This document shows, piece after piece, positions 60,936-64,000 of a stretch of DNA of 64,000 bases. Every line of letters starts with the position of its first letter. Positions within the stretch are counted from its first letter, which is position 1. The notes under the pieces were generated by a model, which searched no databases, was not told where the DNA came from, and saw only the letters and a list, made by a program, of their open reading frames with translations. Source of the stretch: Candidatus Bathyarchaeota archaeon (GTDB lineage Archaea; Thermoproteota; Bathyarchaeia; Bathyarchaeales; Bathycorpusculaceae); assembly GCA_963827165.1 (NCBI GenBank), contig CAWGZR010000005.1, positions 448,001-512,000 of the forward strand, in the 5' to 3' direction. Both the position numbers and the translations under genes were made by a program.

Positions 60936-61535
60936 AAGAATACATTTTAACAATTACGTTTTTGACGTTTCTGAAAACGTTTACGAGCCTGCTGAGGATT
61001 CTTTTCTTTTCGCTGAAAATCTCGAAGTAAGACAAGGAGCGAAAGTGCTGGATGTCGGCGCCGGCTGTGGCATCCTTGGCGTGCTCGCAGCGGAAAACGC
61101 AGCTTCAGTCCTTGCTGTTGACTTAAATCCATTTGCTCTTCGTTGTGCAAAAGAAAACTCCGTGCTCAATAAACAAGACGACAAAATAGCTTTCCTGCAA
61201 GCTGACCTGCTTACTGCTTTTGACGCGAAAGCAAAATTTGATTTAATCCTCTTCAACGCACCCTACCTTCCAGCAGAGGAGTACGAAACTGAAACTTGGA
61301 TAGGACGTTCTTGGGCAGGGGGAATCAACGGACGACAAGTTATTGACCGTTTTATTTGCCAAGTTCAACCCCACCTGACGACAAGCGGTCAAGTTCTTAT
61401 TAATGCAATCGACGCTCGCGGATGTTGAAGAGACAATACGTGAATTCGGCAAGAACAAGACTGGATGCGAGAGTCAAGGCGGAACTTAGCCTTCCCTTCT
61501 TTGAAACTCTGGTTCTCATTAAAGCAGAAAACTGA
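60919..61535 (+). CDS. HemK2/PrmC-like methyltransferase, about two frameshifts near the 3' end
   Basis: VYEPAEDS, LDVGAGCG, FNAPY, WAGG; C-terminal LPFFETLVLIKA in a shifted frame. Confidence 0.85.
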
Positions 61536-61606
61536 GCCCCTGGTTTGTTTCGCCTGTGAAAAGCAAATTAAGGGTGTTGCGCATTGGTTACTTTGGTGAT
61601 TTCAGC

Positions 61607-61936
61607 ATGACAATTTGGTTTTACGTTAAGACAAACGATGATCCAAAAGTTGTGGGAGAAGTCGTGTGTGCCTTCAATTTTGAGCAAGGGGAGCACCCGC
61701 AGGATCAATATTCTTGGCTTTTGGAGCCTGGCAGAGATGAGCCTGGCTACTGGGAAATCAAAGGAAAATATGCAGTTCTAAAAGACCTCACTGAAATCGG
61801 CATCGTTTACAGGATTGGCGATAGTGTGGTTTTCGCGGAAATAGAAGATTACTTATCACCTGATTTTGCCGACCCTCTCATAACCAAATACGGGTTCGAC
61901 AACGTTAAGTGGATAGTTGTTCCGGGAAGACGATAA
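61607..61936 (+). CDS. Hypothetical protein
   Basis: GGTGA SD 7 nt before ATG; globular composition. Confidence 0.65.
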   Translation: MTIWFYVKTNDDPKVVGEVVCAFNFEQGEHPQDQYSWLLEPGRDEPGYWEIKGKYAVLKDLTEIGIVYRIGDSVVFAEIEDYLSPDFADPLITKYGFDNVKWIVVPGRR

Positions 61937-61974
61937 TATCGCTTATCACTTTTTTTGCTCCAGTTGCTTTACTT

Positions 61975-62447
61975 TACATGGGATTGCTTTGTCGTTAAGA
62001 GAACGACTGCTCTAGGACAACTAGCGAGACTCTAAATAGTATGATTACACCACCCAGAATTGAAACCACAATGTTAGCTGCTGGCTCTGGGTAAGGTGAT
62101 TTTCATGGTCGCAAGGATGTCAGCATGTAAGCTGCACCAAACCAGAAGATCAAGTCTCCAACGGTTTGGGCTGTTCTGCGTATTCGAGAATCGTTTGCAA
62201 GATGTATTGCTAAAATCAAGGGTTCTAAAATCACGATGCCTAATGGGAACTGAAAAGCTGCTGAATAGACTGCTGTGTAGGTGGCAAGCATGGCTGGCGC
62301 AGGTAGTTGGATTCGGGTGTTCAGTTTTGCCGTATTCCTTTAGAAGTGTGCGGAGGATTTTTTCTTGGGCTTCTTGAGGGTTCTTCAGAGATTCATACCC
62401 TGGACCAATTATTGCCTGAAGGAGACCGAGACCATTTCCGTCAATTG
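61975..62447 (-). pseudogene. Chimeric remnant: GH3-family-like 5' fragment joined to the 3' fragment of a membrane protein
   Basis: LLQAIIGPGYESLKNPQEAQEKILRTLLKEYGKTE, then frame-broken hydrophobic segments (GDLIFWFGAAY, LWFQF). Confidence 0.45.
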
Positions 62448-62570
62448 AAATTATCGTCTGCCTTTATAAAATGATTCAGGCTCCGATATATGTAATTTTT
62501 GAAAATTTTAAAATGGAAAAAAATGACGCTTTACGATATTATTTCCCCTAATTGAAAGACGCTGGGCAGA

Positions 62571-63071
62571 TTATTGCTTGTCGTACTTTTCAACTTCATT
62601 GTTTACAATCGTTAAGTCAACGCATCCCTGTTTGAACAATTCTATTGTGTCAGCATCGGCATGGTAGCGTTTTTCGCAAACTACGCGCTTTATTCCCGCA
62701 TTAATTATCATCATCGCGCATGTCCGACACGGCGTCATTTTGCAGAAAAGAGTCGCCCCCTCAAGTGGTATCCCGAACCGTGCTGCTTGAATTATCGCGT
62801 TTTGTTCTGCATGAAGAGTGCGAACGCAATGTTGGGTTTCATTGCCGTTGTTGTCAAAAACTTTGCGCATGTCGTGGCCTGCTTCGTCGCAATGGGGCAA
62901 ACCGGAAGGAGCGCCGACATATCCCGTAGTCATGATTCGTTTGTCTTTAACAATTACGCAGCCGCTTCTTCCACGGTCGCATGTTGCGCGCCTGGCAACG
63001 GCTTCGCATAAGTCTAAGAAGTATCTATCCCAGTTAGGTCTTGAATTGGTCTCCAACGTTTTCAGCCTCAA
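62571..63071 (-). CDS. dCMP deaminase (ComEB family)
   Basis: RPNWDRYF, RATCDR, HAEQNAI, PCRTC. Confidence 0.92.
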   Translation of the reverse strand: MRLKTLETNSRPNWDRYFLDLCEAVARRATCDRGRSGCVIVKDKRIMTTGYVGAPSGLPHCDEAGHDMRKVFDNNGNETQHCVRTLHAEQNAIIQAARFGIPLEGATLFCKMTPCRTCAMMIINAGIKRVVCEKRYHADADTIELFKQGCVDLTIVNNEVEKYDKQ

Positions 63072-63250
63072 ACAGTTTTAGAGAACTATCACTACTTAAC
63101 GAATTAATAAATTATGTTACCCCTCTTTCAATGATAATTGGCGCATAGTCCATTTTGATGTCTGCAAGTTCAGTTTTGGAAAATGTGTCTCGTTGAATAT
63201 TCCTTCAGTTTTAGTGACCGTCCATTTTTTTGAAGTTCATTGGAGACAAG

Positions 63251-63315
63251 GGACGTTAAAGGACTTTTGTAGACTTTAATAGACTTTAGTAGACGTTAGT
63301 AGACTTTTAGGGACG
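63251..63315 (-). repeat. 10-bp-period direct repeat array, minus-strand core WAAMGTC, about 7 units
   Basis: ggacgttaaa/ggacttttgt/agactttaat/agactttagt/agacgttagt/agacttttag/ggacg. Confidence 0.85.
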
Positions 63316-63456
63316 GATGCTGCAGAATATTTTAGCCCGGTTGCAAAAAAGCAACCCAAAACGTAAAGAACAGTTTTTTCCAGTTCTAAATAGAAAACCT
63401 TTGGCAGCCATTCCATAAATAAGACACGTTTAATCGTGCCTTTTTACTGGAAAACT

Positions 63457-64000
63457 TTATTTTTGGTAGACGTGAATTTCTCTGCCAATCTTATGACGCT
63501 CGTCGATTTCAACCAAGGAATGAAGACCCGTTAATGCTTCAACCGCCTCCATCTCCACCGGAAACATTTCTTTTGAAAAGGGCTTTACTAGTCTGAATCC
63601 AAGGCTCTCAAGTTTGCTCCCGATTGGCATGGTCACCGCTTGCCCTGAGCGTGTAGCAATGTACGGTGTCACAACCACCAATCGCCCGCCTTCCTTAAGC
63701 ACTCGGAAAGCTCCCTCAACGAAACCAGAAAATAACGGCTCAAGCTTTTGAATAATCTTTACCGCGTAGGGTCCGGTAGGCACCTGACGCAGCGCGGGAC
63801 CTAAATCTGGTTCGGTAACAATGCAGTCAACCATTTCTTGACCGATTTTCTGTGTAAGCTTGCTAACTTCGCCCTGCACGACCCTGAAATCAGCGCCTTC
63901 AAGATTATACTCTCTTGTAAGCCACTCTAGATTTTCGGTAGCTGCTTTTACACACCAAGAATTCGCGTCAACGCCCACAACCTTCGCCCTCCCCAATAAC
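63457..64000 (-). CDS. Trm11/TrmG10-like SAM-dependent methyltransferase, C-terminal part (gene runs off the window)
   Basis: VVGVD, DCIVTEPDLG motif IV-like, RVLKEGGRLV, REIHV. Confidence 0.75.
   Translation of the reverse strand, partial: LLGRAKVVGVDANSWCVKAATENLEWLTREYNLEGADFRVVQGEVSKLTQKIGQEMVDCIVTEPDLGPALRQVPTGPYAVKIIQKLEPLFSGFVEGAFRVLKEGGRLVVVTPYIATRSGQAVTMPIGSKLESLGFRLVKPFSKEMFPVEMEAVEALTGLHSLVEIDERHKIGREIHVYQK

Noticed and set aside
60120-61535. Programmed frameshifting or true pseudogenisation of rsmA and hemK
   Set aside because: About six 1-2 nt indels in 1.4 kb of conserved genes with intact motifs and no nonsense substitutions; typical of low-coverage long-read error
93-63081. 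The many antisense and alternate-frame ORFs inside housekeeping genes
   Set aside because: Shadow ORFs of well-supported genes with no independent motifs or expression signals
63372-63456. ORB-like fragments (TTTTCCAGTT, TTACTGGAAAA) suggesting a second origin
   Set aside because: Only partial matches, no G-string, no adjacent initiator gene

Overview
This is an archaeal chromosome segment. Gene content and style (PolD, Elf1, Sec61beta, GGGP synthase, tungsten oxidoreductase, DUF2070) best fit Bathyarchaeia or another TACK lineage; that assignment is inferred from protein character, not a search. The window is centred on a replication origin at about 35.65-36.24 kb: four ORB-like boxes around an AT-rich unwinding element, next to cdc6 and the PolD small subunit. 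Left of it are the L3-L4-L23-L2-S19 operon, an intron-containing tRNA-Ser(CGA) with a small integrated islet, an aconitase-IDH-ATP citrate lyase operon, SerA, a ferredoxin plus aldehyde oxidoreductase pair, a radical SAM fusion and housekeeping genes. Right of it are nadE, PolD large subunit, and the eIF5A, SRP54, Pus10, L21e, RpoF, RsmA cluster. The most interesting signal is a possible undescribed origin-tethering or segregation system. Three uncharacterised HTH genes sit directly beside oriC, one a membrane anchor + coiled coil + winged helix, embedded in dense TCAC/GTGA motifs. Two exactly 10-bp-periodic WAAMGTC arrays lie about 32 kb left and 27 kb right of oriC, both pointing towards it. 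Other highlights are three candidate ACG start codons, an unannotated box C/D sRNA, and an unannotated 32-aa ORF. Frameshifts in cdc6, rsmA and hemK look like sequencing indels.
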